Source: Candidatus Babeliales bacterium (GTDB taxonomy: Bacteria > Babelota > Babeliae > Babelales > JANWKD01). Taken from it: a stretch of DNA of 64,000 bases. The stretch is taken from the NCBI GenBank assembly GCA_963722075.1, contig CAVRJM010000001.1:992001-1056000 (forward strand), in the 5' to 3' direction. Of this stretch, positions 31,014-43,164 are shown piece after piece (position 1 is the stretch's first letter; each line of letters opens with the position of its first letter). The notes under the pieces were generated by a model, which was not told where the DNA came from, did not search any database, and was given only the letters and a program-made list of their open reading frames with translations. The translations under genes were made by a program, and so were the position numbers.

Positions 31014-31751
31014 TCAAGGGGATGGCCGTAGGGCTACAATGCTCATTTGCCGGTACAACGTTCCTGGCTGCCGACGAACCGAACAAAACCGCTCATTACA
31101 CAAGGTGCACAGATTGTATACCATTGAAAATGCGGTGGGAGGCACTCCTGTATTTTGTAATATACCCTGATTAAATGCGGGAACATCAAAAAACAGCTTG
31201 CCATTTCTATATTTTAATACACGCTCAGGAAGCATAAAAGGAGCTATCAGCTCCTTGAATTCTGGCCCCACTTGATAACAACAACTTTTAGCGCTCGGGC
31301 CAAAAAAAATCTTTAAATCTTCTACATCGGTATTATAATGCTGCTTTAATTCATCAACTACTTTTTGCGCAATACCGTTCACTGAACCGCGCCAACCTGC
31401 ATGGGCAATTGCTATCACCTTTTGTATTTCGTCATAGAAAACAATTGGCAGGCAATCGGCAGTAGCAACTGCAAGTCCTATTGTAGGCTCTTGCGTTATT
31501 AAGTAGTCACCATCACGACTAAAGCAACCTACTGGAGATATTTCATGAGCAGCATGTATCATCATGCCAGCGGTCCCATGAACTTGATGCAAAAAAAATA
31601 ATTTATCTAGTTTTGATCTATCTAAAAGATTGGCAAAGGGAGCTTTAGTAAGCATTTCCTGAGATGTGACATTCTTAAAATCTGTCGGTATAAAAGAATG
31701 CTGCATGTCACCAAAAAAAATAGAAAGCTGTTTTTCAGTATAAAATGACAT
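31014..31751 (-). CDS. pgeF: PgeF/YfiH (DUF152) family protein
   Basis: HQVHG, TADCLPI, AHAGWRG, GPSA..CCY.VG. Confidence 0.92.
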   Translation of the reverse strand: MSFYTEKQLSIFFGDMQHSFIPTDFKNVTSQEMLTKAPFANLLDRSKLDKLFFLHQVHGTAGMMIHAAHEISPVGCFSRDGDYLITQEPTIGLAVATADCLPIVFYDEIQKVIAIAHAGWRGSVNGIAQKVVDELKQHYNTDVEDLKIFFGPSAKSCCYQVGPEFKELIAPFMLPERVLKYRNGKLFFDVPAFNQGILQNTGVPPTAFSMVYNLCTLCNERFCSVRRQPGTLYRQMSIVALRPSP

Positions 31752-31763
31752 ACTAATGCCGCC

Positions 31764-33533
31764 TTATTTTTCTATTGATTCCAATTTCTTTTTTAAATGA
31801 TCAACTACTTTTGCATCAACGTTATGCTCTTGGGCAAATTCTATTAATGTTTGATTTGGATTTGTAGTAACCGTAATATCCGCATTGTATTTAAGCAACA
31901 AATTAATAAGTTTGTTTTTTACTGATACGGATAATGGATTAAGAAGAATAAACATAAGAGGCGTGTGATCTATCCCATCCCTTTCCAATGCAATAAGAGG
32001 ATATTTTTTGAGCAGTTCTTCGACTATCATTATTTTACCCACACCAACGGCTTTTAAGAAAACGTACTCCGCAAGTTCATTATATTTTTTATTGCTGTTA
32101 GGTTCTGAATCTAAACTATCAAATACACCGGTAGCATTTTTTTCAATAGCTAAACATATCAGATTGAGCAGATTATCATCATCAACTCTATACTTATTTT
32201 TTTCTTCTTTAAATTTTTCTAATAAAAGTGGCCATGCCTCTTTAAAACTGGTACGAAGCGCTACAAATAGGGGCGTATTTATTTGAAATTTCTTATTATA
32301 ATTATTTTTATGCACATAATTAACGCAAACATCTTTAGCAAGCAATGCCTCAACTAACTTTTTACTTCTAATTAATACCGCATGAGCAAGCGGTGTCATG
32401 CCATATAAATCAGGTTGATCATATTCAAAAGAATTTGACCAATGTTCAAGTAAATAAAGAGCTAATGGCACTTTTTCTTTTTTAATCAAATAATGAAAGG
32501 GCGTCTCATTTTCAATGGTACATGATCGAACTAAAGAAGAATCATTTTTAAGCACTATATCAATTTCTTCGATTGAGTTAACCATATGGAGCGGCGTAAG
32601 ACCTATCACTTTTTTATAGCATTCATTATTCTTTTCTTTTGGTATATATTCTTTTAATTCTTCTAAGCGAAATAAAAAATCTTTTGGAAAATTCATTTTA
32701 GAATTCTTACAACAAGAAGCATGGAGTTCTTTAATTTTTTTAAAAAGGGAAACTAATGCCTTATTTTTCAACCAACAAGCCCGTTGATAGGGTATTACAC
32801 CATACATATCTTGAGCACAGCATATTCCAAATGTTGCTTCCATGCATTTTGTTAATGAATTTTTCAATAGAATCACTGTATCGCTGGCATCCTTAAAGGT
32901 ATGAAGCGGTGCTAAACCAATCTTGCTATTATTCAATTTAAATTCTTGTTTAAGCATTCTCTTCATTTCTTTAGAAAAAACATTCGTATGGGGTTGGTAT
33001 TCTGTCATATATTGTTGCTTTAATTGTTCTTTACAATGCGTTTTGACTTCTTTTATGCTAGCCGATCCATCAAGGATGGCTAATAACTTATAACAATATT
33101 CAGCCCGTTCAATTAAAATCCATAGAAGCTCAATCGCTTCTTTCACGCGGCCGTCCTTAAGCATAGTTAATAATGCAGTTTCTCTTTCATTAGAAAAAGA
33201 AACAGGATTTACCCCACAGGTTATTAAAGCAGGTATTCGTGTTGCTTGTTGTACGGTAAATAATACCGGGTACTGCGAATGAGGTGGCTTTTGGCAAAGA
33301 TCACGCATTCTATCCTGAAGCTCTAGGGGAATCATTCGCCATTTTTCATGAATTAGATGAGCTGGGTATATAGAATATTCATTAAAAAAAAATCGCATTG
33401 TTCTATTAAGCAATGATTCAACTTGGCCAGAAGAAACATAGGGAAAAAGTGGAGTTATCTCTTGAGGAGTCTCAGATGCCGATCCAAATAATAATTGTGT
33501 AGCTAATGCTATTTTTGCAAACATAATCTCCAT
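31764..33533 (-). CDS. Ankyrin-repeat protein
   Basis: TPLH, ETPFHY, GMTPLAHAV, NTPLFVAL and HTPLMF repeats. Confidence 0.85.
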   Translation of the reverse strand: MEIMFAKIALATQLLFGSASETPQEITPLFPYVSSGQVESLLNRTMRFFFNEYSIYPAHLIHEKWRMIPLELQDRMRDLCQKPPHSQYPVLFTVQQATRIPALITCGVNPVSFSNERETALLTMLKDGRVKEAIELLWILIERAEYCYKLLAILDGSASIKEVKTHCKEQLKQQYMTEYQPHTNVFSKEMKRMLKQEFKLNNSKIGLAPLHTFKDASDTVILLKNSLTKCMEATFGICCAQDMYGVIPYQRACWLKNKALVSLFKKIKELHASCCKNSKMNFPKDFLFRLEELKEYIPKEKNNECYKKVIGLTPLHMVNSIEEIDIVLKNDSSLVRSCTIENETPFHYLIKKEKVPLALYLLEHWSNSFEYDQPDLYGMTPLAHAVLIRSKKLVEALLAKDVCVNYVHKNNYNKKFQINTPLFVALRTSFKEAWPLLLEKFKEEKNKYRVDDDNLLNLICLAIEKNATGVFDSLDSEPNSNKKYNELAEYVFLKAVGVGKIMIVEELLKKYPLIALERDGIDHTPLMFILLNPLSVSVKNKLINLLLKYNADITVTTNPNQTLIEFAQEHNVDAKVVDHLKKKLESIEK

Positions 33534-33621
33534 TCCTTTATATAAAGTATACTAATATGAATAATACATATTGTACTACAATTTAAAAGGAATGTAAAAT
33601 TTATTTTAAATAGAATTTATC

Positions 33622-34773
33622 CTACTCTTTTGTTGCTTGCGTACCCTGCCTCATAAAGGTAGGAATATCTAGATCATCTTGGTAAATTTCTGGGTTAATA
33701 AGGGGGTCTTGCTTAACCAATCCAGGCTCTATTTTCTCTTTAGCAGCTGTTTTTGCCTGCTCAACGGCCGGTTTGTAGGCAATAGCTGCCTCTTTTTGAA
33801 TTGCTTGCTGTTCTCCAAAACCAGTCGCAATCACCGTAATGATTATTTCGTTAGAAAGCTGTGGATCAATGACAGAGCCCACTATTATATTAGCATGAGG
33901 ATCTGCTTCTTTGGTGATAATATCAGCCGCATCACCCAGTTCATATAAGGCTAAATCAGGTCCGCCAGAAATATTTAATAATACTCCTTGCGCGCCCTTT
34001 ATGCTCATATTTTCTAAAAGTGGTGAAGATATTGCTTGATACGCAGCTTGTGCAGCACGATCAGCTCCAGTAGCCCTACCAGTTCCCATTACAGCCAATC
34101 CCATATCTTTCATAATGGTGCGTACATCAGCAAAATCGACATTTATGTGGCCTGGTTTAGAAATAATATCAGAGATTCCTTTAACCGATTGATTCAAAAT
34201 CCCATTAATAAGCGCAAATGCATCGATCATTGAAACATGCTTATCAACAACTTCAAGTAACTTTTGGTTTGGAATTACCAAAAGCGTATCAACCTCTTTT
34301 TTTAATTGCTGAATCGCTTCTTGAGCTACAATTGCTCTTTTTTTTCCTTCAAAATCAAACGGTTTAGTGACAACCGCAATTGATAAAATATTTTTTTCCT
34401 TGAGTGCTCGTGCAATAACGGGTAACGCGCCAGATCCTGTTCCCCCGCCAAGACCACCGGTCAAGAAAACAATATTAGCATCAGCTAAACATTCCATAAG
34501 AGTAGTTAAATCTTCTTCAGCAGCACGTTTACCAAGTTCTGGATTTGCACCAGTTCCTAATCCCTTAGTTGATTTGATCCCTAATTGTATTTTTATCGGC
34601 GCTTTTGAAAGTGATAATGCTTGTGCGTCAGTATTAGTAGCAATAAATTCAATTCCTTGAAATTGAGCATCAATCATACTATTAATTGTGTTACCGCCGC
34701 CACCTCCCACACCAATAACTTTAATTCGTGCAAGCGGTTTTGGTTCTTCTTGTATGATCTCAAATTCTAACAT
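33622..34773 (-). CDS. ftsZ: Cell division protein FtsZ
   Basis: GVGGGGGN, GLGGGTGSG, INVDFADV, C-terminal LDIPTFMR. Confidence 0.98.
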   Translation of the reverse strand: MLEFEIIQEEPKPLARIKVIGVGGGGGNTINSMIDAQFQGIEFIATNTDAQALSLSKAPIKIQLGIKSTKGLGTGANPELGKRAAEEDLTTLMECLADANIVFLTGGLGGGTGSGALPVIARALKEKNILSIAVVTKPFDFEGKKRAIVAQEAIQQLKKEVDTLLVIPNQKLLEVVDKHVSMIDAFALINGILNQSVKGISDIISKPGHINVDFADVRTIMKDMGLAVMGTGRATGADRAAQAAYQAISSPLLENMSIKGAQGVLLNISGGPDLALYELGDAADIITKEADPHANIIVGSVIDPQLSNEIIITVIATGFGEQQAIQKEAAIAYKPAVEQAKTAAKEKIEPGLVKQDPLINPEIYQDDLDIPTFMRQGTQATKE

Positions 34774-34954
34774 ACTACTCTCCTTTTAATACACGTTGAG
34801 CAATTCTCTTTATTTTTTGTACGTAATTATTTTATGAATGTTCTTATGTAGCAGTATCAATTTTTTTATTACAGCAATGCAATAGTTAACTATTTATTTT
34901 TTCAGTTAAAGCATGATATAGTTGCTCCAAATAATTATCTATAAGGATTATCTT

Positions 34955-35629
34955 ATGAAAAATATGCTTAGATTAAGTATAGTATCTTTGTTATATTCTG
35001 TTTACAGCATTTGTATGGATCCAGCAATCGATCAAAGCCTTATGAGCTTAAAAAGAGGATTGCGACAGTTACATCAAGAATTAGTACCAGCTGGCAATTT
35101 GCCACCAACAATGCGCGTAATACCAACTATGGCAGAAGAAGTGGAAGAAGAAGAGCCTACTTTTATTGAAAAAGACGAACGTGGTGGGGTACGTCACCTT
35201 TCTCGTCACAAATTTGGGAAACTCAGAAGAGCTCATCGAAGCACGCATCGCCGAACTACCTTATTCAAATGCAAGCGCGGTAAATGTCGCAAAGTAGAGC
35301 AGTATATTGCTGGATCTCAAGAACATAGTAAGCATGATCAAATAAGAAGAGCATTTTTTGAATTGCAAAAAAAATATGGCATTTGTGTAGCTCGCCCTCA
35401 ACAAACACGCTTACCAATTGCTGAACGACGAGCGTGGGGAAAAAATCCAAATCGCAAACAAATTATTGCATTGCGCAGTGAATTAAACGAGTTACTAAAA
35501 AAAGATACTTTAATGGGTTCTGAAATTACCCTCATAAAAAATAAAATCAACCAGTTGCGCCAATTAAATCCTCGTCGCTGGCCAAAACCAGAAGATTATG
35601 AAGAAGTTTTAACGGCAAGAGAGCTCTAG
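34955..35629 (+). CDS. Secreted basic hypothetical protein with a CxxGxC motif
   Basis: Signal peptide ending SIC-MD; FKCKRGKCRKV shared with 35698. Confidence 0.7.
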   Translation: MKNMLRLSIVSLLYSVYSICMDPAIDQSLMSLKRGLRQLHQELVPAGNLPPTMRVIPTMAEEVEEEEPTFIEKDERGGVRHLSRHKFGKLRRAHRSTHRRTTLFKCKRGKCRKVEQYIAGSQEHSKHDQIRRAFFELQKKYGICVARPQQTRLPIAERRAWGKNPNRKQIIALRSELNELLKKDTLMGSEITLIKNKINQLRQLNPRRWPKPEDYEEVLTAREL

Positions 35630-35697
35630 AAGGGTTTTCTAGCTTTTAAGGCTGCGTATATGCTATACTCAAAATAAACCTAAAAAATGGAGGATAT

Positions 35698-36063
35698 ATG
35701 AATAAATTCTATACAATTACTACCTTACTGCTTTTAGCAGCTACCAGCCAATTTAATACCATGCAAGCACAGCCAACCCAACAAGAATGGGATGAATTAC
35801 AAGAAAAAGTAGATGCTCTTACCGTGCGTGTTGATGCATTAGAAGAAAAATCTGAAGCCCGTAAGCAAGCGCGAGAAAAAATTAAAGCTCAATTTGCTGG
35901 AAGACGACATGGTGTACCGGGCAAATTTGCAGGGCGTCATAAATACAAATGTAAAGGCGGCAGATGTAAAAGAGTATCAGGTCGCAAATTTAATCGCTTA
36001 CAAAATAAACGAGGATTCACCTGTACTGGCGATGTTTGTAAAGCAACAGAATCCGCTGAGTAA
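35698..36063 (+). CDS. Small secreted basic protein with a coiled coil and two CxxxxC hairpins
   Basis: RBS ggagg; signal peptide; YKCKGGRCKRV and FTCTGDVCK. Confidence 0.75.
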   Translation: MNKFYTITTLLLLAATSQFNTMQAQPTQQEWDELQEKVDALTVRVDALEEKSEARKQAREKIKAQFAGRRHGVPGKFAGRHKYKCKGGRCKRVSGRKFNRLQNKRGFTCTGDVCKATESAE

Positions 36064-36096
36064 TTTAGTTTCATAACATAAAGGATGGCAGCATTA

Positions 36097-37311
36097 TTAA
36101 AAGAAATCTGCCATCCAAGATTTCATACGATTCATAATGCGCATCACCAACGGGCCTGCATGCGTTGTTATAATATCATTATTTTTTTGTGCACATACTA
36201 ATAATCCGTAGCCGGTTGCATAAATGGGATTATTTAACAAAATAACGTTATCTATATTTGGTGGATTACCAATGCGCACTGGCACTTTAAAAATCTCCTG
36301 TGCTAATTCCTGCATACCACCTAAAAGCGATCCGCCACCGGTGAGTACCAATCCCGATGCCATGTTTTTTCTCAAACCATGCGTGGTAACTTCTGTATGA
36401 ATAAGGCGTAATAATTCTTGAGCACGTGCTTCTAAAATAGTAATAATTTGAGATGAAGCTATAGTTCTTTTACCAGTGCTTATTGATTCAATCTCAACAC
36501 ACTGAGTATATTGATTATCCCACAATACTGAACCAAATTCTTTTTTAATACGCTCAGCCTCATAAAGAGTTGTATTTAACCCAACTGCTAAATCATGGGT
36601 AAAATGATTACCAGCAACGGGAATAACTTTAGTAAAAGCGATTGCATCACGGCAAAAAAGCGCAATATCGGATGTGCCACCACCAATATCAACCATTAAT
36701 ACTCCCAATTTTTTTTCATCAGGAGTTAATACTGCTTGAGCAGATGCTAATTGCTCTAATATTATATCAGTAACTTTCACACCCGCCATTTCACAACATT
36801 TGATCAGATTATGCACTGAGGCAATAGAGCCGGTAATAATATGAACTTCTGCTTCTAAGCGAACACCATACATACCTACTGGATTTAATACTTTTTCTTG
36901 ATTATCGATGATAAAGTGCTGTGGCAATACATGTAAAATTTGGTGCCCTTCAGGAACATTAATTGCACGTGCCGTCGCAATAACCTGCGCAATATCTGAG
37001 GTTTTAATCTCACCCCGCTTAATAGGAACCATGCCATGCGAATTAAGCGATTTAATATGACTCCCTGAAATTCCTATACATGCCGATTCAATACTACAAT
37101 CAGCCATTAATTCTGCTTCGCGAATTGCTTGTTTAATTGATTTCACCGTCTTATCAATATCAATCACTACTCCTTTTGCAAGCCCCTCAGAGGGTGCTCT
37201 GCCGATACCGATAATAGTATGAGCATCATCATTAAGAGCTATTAACACACAAATTTTAGTAGTCCCAATATCTATTGCCACGGTAATTTGATCAGAAAAA
37301 AATTTTTTCAT
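36097..37311 (-). CDS. ftsA: Cell division protein FtsA
   Basis: AIDIGTTKI, VDIGGGTSD, AERIK, LTGGGS.L.G. Confidence 0.97.
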   Translation of the reverse strand: MKKFFSDQITVAIDIGTTKICVLIALNDDAHTIIGIGRAPSEGLAKGVVIDIDKTVKSIKQAIREAELMADCSIESACIGISGSHIKSLNSHGMVPIKRGEIKTSDIAQVIATARAINVPEGHQILHVLPQHFIIDNQEKVLNPVGMYGVRLEAEVHIITGSIASVHNLIKCCEMAGVKVTDIILEQLASAQAVLTPDEKKLGVLMVDIGGGTSDIALFCRDAIAFTKVIPVAGNHFTHDLAVGLNTTLYEAERIKKEFGSVLWDNQYTQCVEIESISTGKRTIASSQIITILEARAQELLRLIHTEVTTHGLRKNMASGLVLTGGGSLLGGMQELAQEIFKVPVRIGNPPNIDNVILLNNPIYATGYGLLVCAQKNNDIITTHAGPLVMRIMNRMKSWMADFF

Positions 37312-38024
37312 AAACTCCCCATGTCTCTTTGAGTAATGATAATTTGATTTTTAAAGCGCATATCAATCAACCATTTTTTTTTACTACCATTTTTTTGAAC
37401 TAAAATCTGTTGCTTAATTTGTTGATATTGCTTCTGTAATTTTTCATCAAAAATGAGTTGATAATGCCCTACTAACGTAAACATTTGATTATTTTTATCT
37501 TGTAATTCAATAACCGTATGATCAATCCAAGTAACCGTAAAATAATCGAATAACCAAGAAGGAGATGTTTTAAAAAACGTTAAAAAAAATGGCACATAGA
37601 GATCATGTTGATTTTTCATCATAACATGCGGCAATGAAGTGAGCACGTTATTATTACATGCTATTTGTTCAACGATACCACCATGAGCCAATAAAAGTAC
37701 GTTATTAATGAATAACAACGGTTGATGGCTATATACATGACAACGAGCAGTATGCGGATAGGCGTATCCTATTTCTATTTTACGAACGGTGGAAAAATTC
37801 TTTTTTAATTCATCTAAGGCAAGTTGTGTAAATGGTTTTCCTAAAAAAAGCTTATTTGCTTGCTGAGTAATTATTTGCTTAAGCTCTGTTGAAATATAAG
37901 AATCAAAATTAAAAACAACAGACGATACCACAAAAAAATGGCTACATACAAACCAATACGCCAAACAGATCAATATAAGTCCACTCGTACCGATTAATAA
38001 ACCGGTGCTGGTAACCATTTTCAT
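37308..38024 (-). CDS. ftsQ: Divergent FtsQ/DivIB-like protein
   Basis: N-terminal TM, C-terminal IDMRFKNQII, overlaps the ftsA start. Confidence 0.7.
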   Translation of the reverse strand: MKMVTSTGLLIGTSGLILICLAYWFVCSHFFVVSSVVFNFDSYISTELKQIITQQANKLFLGKPFTQLALDELKKNFSTVRKIEIGYAYPHTARCHVYSHQPLLFINNVLLLAHGGIVEQIACNNNVLTSLPHVMMKNQHDLYVPFFLTFFKTSPSWLFDYFTVTWIDHTVIELQDKNNQMFTLVGHYQLIFDEKLQKQYQQIKQQILVQKNGSKKKWLIDMRFKNQIIITQRDMGSL

Positions 38025-38318
38025 TGTATCCCCTAATCCCTCTAAAGATTATTTTCGCACAATAACCTTTTATCAATTTAATACAATTTTGCAATTATAA
38101 TTGTCAATAATTTAGAAAAGATTAAGGAATACTTCTAAGAACTTTTTTAGAACACAAAGAAATACAGATAACTATATTATCAAATACCTCACAACATTGA
38201 CCCTTACTGACTTGAGATACCTCCCAGTTATTAAAGTTTCAATCTGTATTTTTCATTGACAATAAAGCTTATTTAACTATACTTATAAATATATAAAATT
38301 AGTTAAATGGGGGATTTT

Positions 38319-39959
38319 ATGCATTCTATTCTCAAAAAAATAGCTTTAATACTATTGATTATAGGCCAAGCTCAGGCAGGATGGGTTCCTTCTTGGCTGA
38401 GTTCAGCATTACCACAATTATCAAATAAGCAAACAACATTTATTGGTGTTGGCCTTGGTTTGGCCACTGTTGGTTTGGGCAGCTATTTACTCTATAAAAA
38501 ATTAAATAGCCTCCCTTTAATAACAAATCAAATTACTAACGCCCCAGAATTTATTACGTTTGATGATTGGAATTTGGATTGTAATAATCTTCCTCGCTAC
38601 ATTATGACGGAAAAAAACAAGGAGCCTTATCATAACCCCACTCAAACACCATTAATAGCTGCTGATCTTCAAACAGCATTGGATCATTATTTTCAGCTTT
38701 TACAAAATAACGATAATTTTACTAATAACGAAAATTGGGTAAATCAAGAACGGCCCGAAAAACTACTTACTTCATTACAAAAAAATAAAAATAATGTCTT
38801 TGATCCGTATGTTGAAAAATTGGTGGTAAAACCTGGTTCTGTTATTTCATTTCATGGTGATTTGCATGGCGACATCCATTCTCTTAATCATTATTTATGT
38901 TATTTAAAAGAAAAAAGGTATTTAGATCAAAAAAATCCTTTCAAAATTGCTGAAGAGCATAATGATTTTTATATGGTCTTTTTAGGCGATTATACAGATC
39001 GTGGCTGGTATGGAGCGGAAGTTATTTATACCATTTTGCGCCTTAAAATAGAAAACCCTGATAAGGTGATTTTAGTACGCGGTAACCATGAAGATTATGA
39101 TATCAATAAACGTTATGGATTTATTGAAGAGCTCGAACATAAATTCGGTGAAAAATCAATTATCAAAAGAATGTTTGGTACAAATCCAGCAACAACCCTT
39201 ATGGCATCTATACAAAAAATGTATGAAACATTGCCACTCGCTTTATATATAGGTTCAGGAACTGAAGATCATAACGATTTTATTATTTGTTGCCATGGCG
39301 GTATTGAATTTGGCTTTGATCCATTACCATTACTTAACCATGAATCACCACACGCCTATACTAAGCTAGGCATAATAGACCGTGAAAAACAATTAGAGAA
39401 ATTACCACAATATAAATTACTTAAAAAAGGCTTTGTTAATATTGGCAAGGCGGATTTAAACCATTTTTTACCTACCAGTATTTTTGATCTTAATACTTTT
39501 TTATTCATAGGATTCCAATGGAATGATTACGAAGTTGATCTCACTCGTGAAGAAGTTCCTTGGTTTATTGAATTAATTAAGGACCGAGGTTTTCGTATTG
39601 GAAAAACATTTAATGAAGTCATGCTTAATGTGCAAAGCAATGAACGTAATACTGTACGAGGCGTTTTCAGAGCGCATCAACACAGCCCAGATAAAAATGA
39701 TCCTATGATGCGAAGAATATTAAATCTTGATGAATTCGATCATCATTGTAATGCCGGCGTAGGAAGATTATGGATTGAGAATTTACCACGCAACGAAGAC
39801 AAACTCTGGAATAATATTGTATGCACTTTTAACGTATCACCGCACACCCCTTATCAAATGGCAATGTTCAATTATGATACCTATGGCCTTTTAACCGTAG
39901 ATGAACAATTTGAAGATTGGCGCCTCAAAGTAGTTCGACAAGAAATGTTTAATCAGTAA
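38319..39959 (+). CDS. Secreted PPP-family (calcineurin-like) metallophosphoesterase
   Basis: GDLHG, GDYTDRG, RGNHE, HGG and RAHQ motifs; signal peptide plus TM. Confidence 0.85.
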   Translation: MHSILKKIALILLIIGQAQAGWVPSWLSSALPQLSNKQTTFIGVGLGLATVGLGSYLLYKKLNSLPLITNQITNAPEFITFDDWNLDCNNLPRYIMTEKNKEPYHNPTQTPLIAADLQTALDHYFQLLQNNDNFTNNENWVNQERPEKLLTSLQKNKNNVFDPYVEKLVVKPGSVISFHGDLHGDIHSLNHYLCYLKEKRYLDQKNPFKIAEEHNDFYMVFLGDYTDRGWYGAEVIYTILRLKIENPDKVILVRGNHEDYDINKRYGFIEELEHKFGEKSIIKRMFGTNPATTLMASIQKMYETLPLALYIGSGTEDHNDFIICCHGGIEFGFDPLPLLNHESPHAYTKLGIIDREKQLEKLPQYKLLKKGFVNIGKADLNHFLPTSIFDLNTFLFIGFQWNDYEVDLTREEVPWFIELIKDRGFRIGKTFNEVMLNVQSNERNTVRGVFRAHQHSPDKNDPMMRRILNLDEFDHHCNAGVGRLWIENLPRNEDKLWNNIVCTFNVSPHTPYQMAMFNYDTYGLLTVDEQFEDWRLKVVRQEMFNQ

Positions 39960-40283
39960 TCAAAAAATACACGGTATTTCGAACTCAATTACCTTTTGCC
40001 TTCTTTAGAAATTTAAAGTATTATTGAAGTATAGGATACAAGCTTTCTTTTACCTCTCACAAACCTATAACTCTTCTAAAAAAAGCTTAAAAAAGTAGCA
40101 TGCCTTGAGGCACAAAATCTTCTTTACATTTTTGCACAAATCTATTATTTTAAGAAAGAAAATATGAGTCTGTTACTGTAAGTTATTCCTCAAACATTCC
40201 CACAAATCCAGTATAAAAACAGCACTCATAGCTCTGTAGTTTTTTGTTAAATTTTTGCACCATTTTTTAAACAAGGAGGAATC

Positions 40284-40568
40284 ATGTTTGAAAAGATGAA
40301 ACCCTTAGGCGATAAAGTACTCGTTAAGCGTATTGAACATGAAGCAAAAACGCCAGGCGGTATCATAATCCCAGACGCTGCTAAAGAAAAGGCACAACAA
40401 GGTACCGTCATTGCCGCAGGACCAGGCAGAACTACTCCTGAAGGAAAAGTAATTCCATTAGGTGTTCAGGTTGGCAACCAAGTGTTTTTTGGTAAATATG
40501 CTGGCACTGAAGCAGGAAATGACTATCTCATTATCCGAGAAGATGAAATTCTAGGAATCGTTGAATAA
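40284..40568 (+). CDS. groES: Co-chaperonin GroES
   Basis: KPLGDKVLVK, TPGGIIIPD, KYAGTE. Confidence 0.97.
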   Translation: MFEKMKPLGDKVLVKRIEHEAKTPGGIIIPDAAKEKAQQGTVIAAGPGRTTPEGKVIPLGVQVGNQVFFGKYAGTEAGNDYLIIREDEILGIVE

Positions 40569-40581
40569 CTAAGTAAATTAA

Positions 40582-42237
<1,656 letters not shown>

Positions 42238-42259
42238 GAAATATTCCGCGTACAAAACA

Positions 42260-42298
42260 AAAAAAGGCTCGCAGTAATTTATGCTGCGGGCCTTTTTT
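42260..42298 (+). terminator. groEL terminator
   Basis: aaaaaaggctcgcag..ctgcgggcctttttt. Confidence 0.85.
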
Positions 42299-42374
42299 GT
42301 ATAAACAAAGTTTACTTTGTTTAAATCGTAATTTGAATAATCATTATTTTAAATGTAATCAATGAAAGATTTCT

Positions 42375-42752
42375 ATGAAAAAATTTATTCTTGTAACTTT
42401 ACTTGCGGCTACTCAAGCAACTTTTTGCTTAAATGAAAATCATGATTCAACCGACGATCAAATTTGTCAAAATGTTGAACATTTTTTTAATGAAGTAGTT
42501 CATAATAAACGTGAAGAGGGAATGGAAAAAATCGAAGCCTTTTTTGATCTTCGCGAATTCTGTGAATGCAATAGCAACCAACTAGAAGATTGCTGCCCTA
42601 TACTTTCGGAAAAAAGCGCTCAAATAGTAAAAAATTATCAATTTATGACTGAGGATGGTCAAGTTGCTCCAGAAATATGTATGTTCTTAAAAAAGCTTAA
42701 GGAAAATGGTTCAATTATCTTTAAGGAAAATTCTATTCATATTAAACAGTAA
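42375..42752 (+). CDS. Small secreted Cys-rich hypothetical protein
   Basis: Signal peptide; several Cys residues. Confidence 0.7.
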   Translation: MKKFILVTLLAATQATFCLNENHDSTDDQICQNVEHFFNEVVHNKREEGMEKIEAFFDLREFCECNSNQLEDCCPILSEKSAQIVKNYQFMTEDGQVAPEICMFLKKLKENGSIIFKENSIHIKQ

Positions 42753-42814
42753 AATAATAGATTACTATGTATATCCATTTATATGCGGTATACATAGTAA
42801 TCTCCACAGCTTAA
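42735..42814 (+). repeat. Palindromic direct repeat, left copy flanking the TA module
   Basis: attcatattaaacag..agattactatgtata-N15-tatacatagtaatct.ccacagcttaa. Confidence 0.75.
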
Positions 42815-42862
42815 TTCCTTATCTAATCTTTAAAATTACGAACTGTTTTAAGCTTATTATAT

Positions 42863-42880
42863 ACATTGTATCAACAATGT
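42863..42880. promoter_or_regulatory. Probable TA autorepression operator
   Basis: acattgt-atca-acaatgt palindrome upstream of the antitoxin. Confidence 0.5.
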
Positions 42881-42924
42881 GATAACATTATTAATAATTA
42901 TAATGTTTATTTTTTAGGATTTTT

Positions 42925-43164
42925 ATGAATAAAAAGCTTACAAAGCATGGAAATAGCTTAGCCTTGGTAATAGATAAGCCATTATTAAAGCTCCTTAAAA
43001 TTAACGAAAAAACCTTATTGGAAATATCTATTAAGGATAATACGCTTATTATAAAACCAACTACTGTAAAAAAAGCGAAGAAAAAAGAAGCCTCTATTGA
43101 TGAAATTGCCGAACAAATCATGAATAAATATGATATTACTTTTAAAAAACTTTCTAAAACGTAA
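42925..43164 (+). CDS. AbrB/MazE-family antitoxin
   Basis: KLTKHGNSLALVIDK; coupled to the Doc gene. Confidence 0.88.
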   Translation: MNKKLTKHGNSLALVIDKPLLKLLKINEKTLLEISIKDNTLIIKPTTVKKAKKKEASIDEIAEQIMNKYDITFKKLSKT

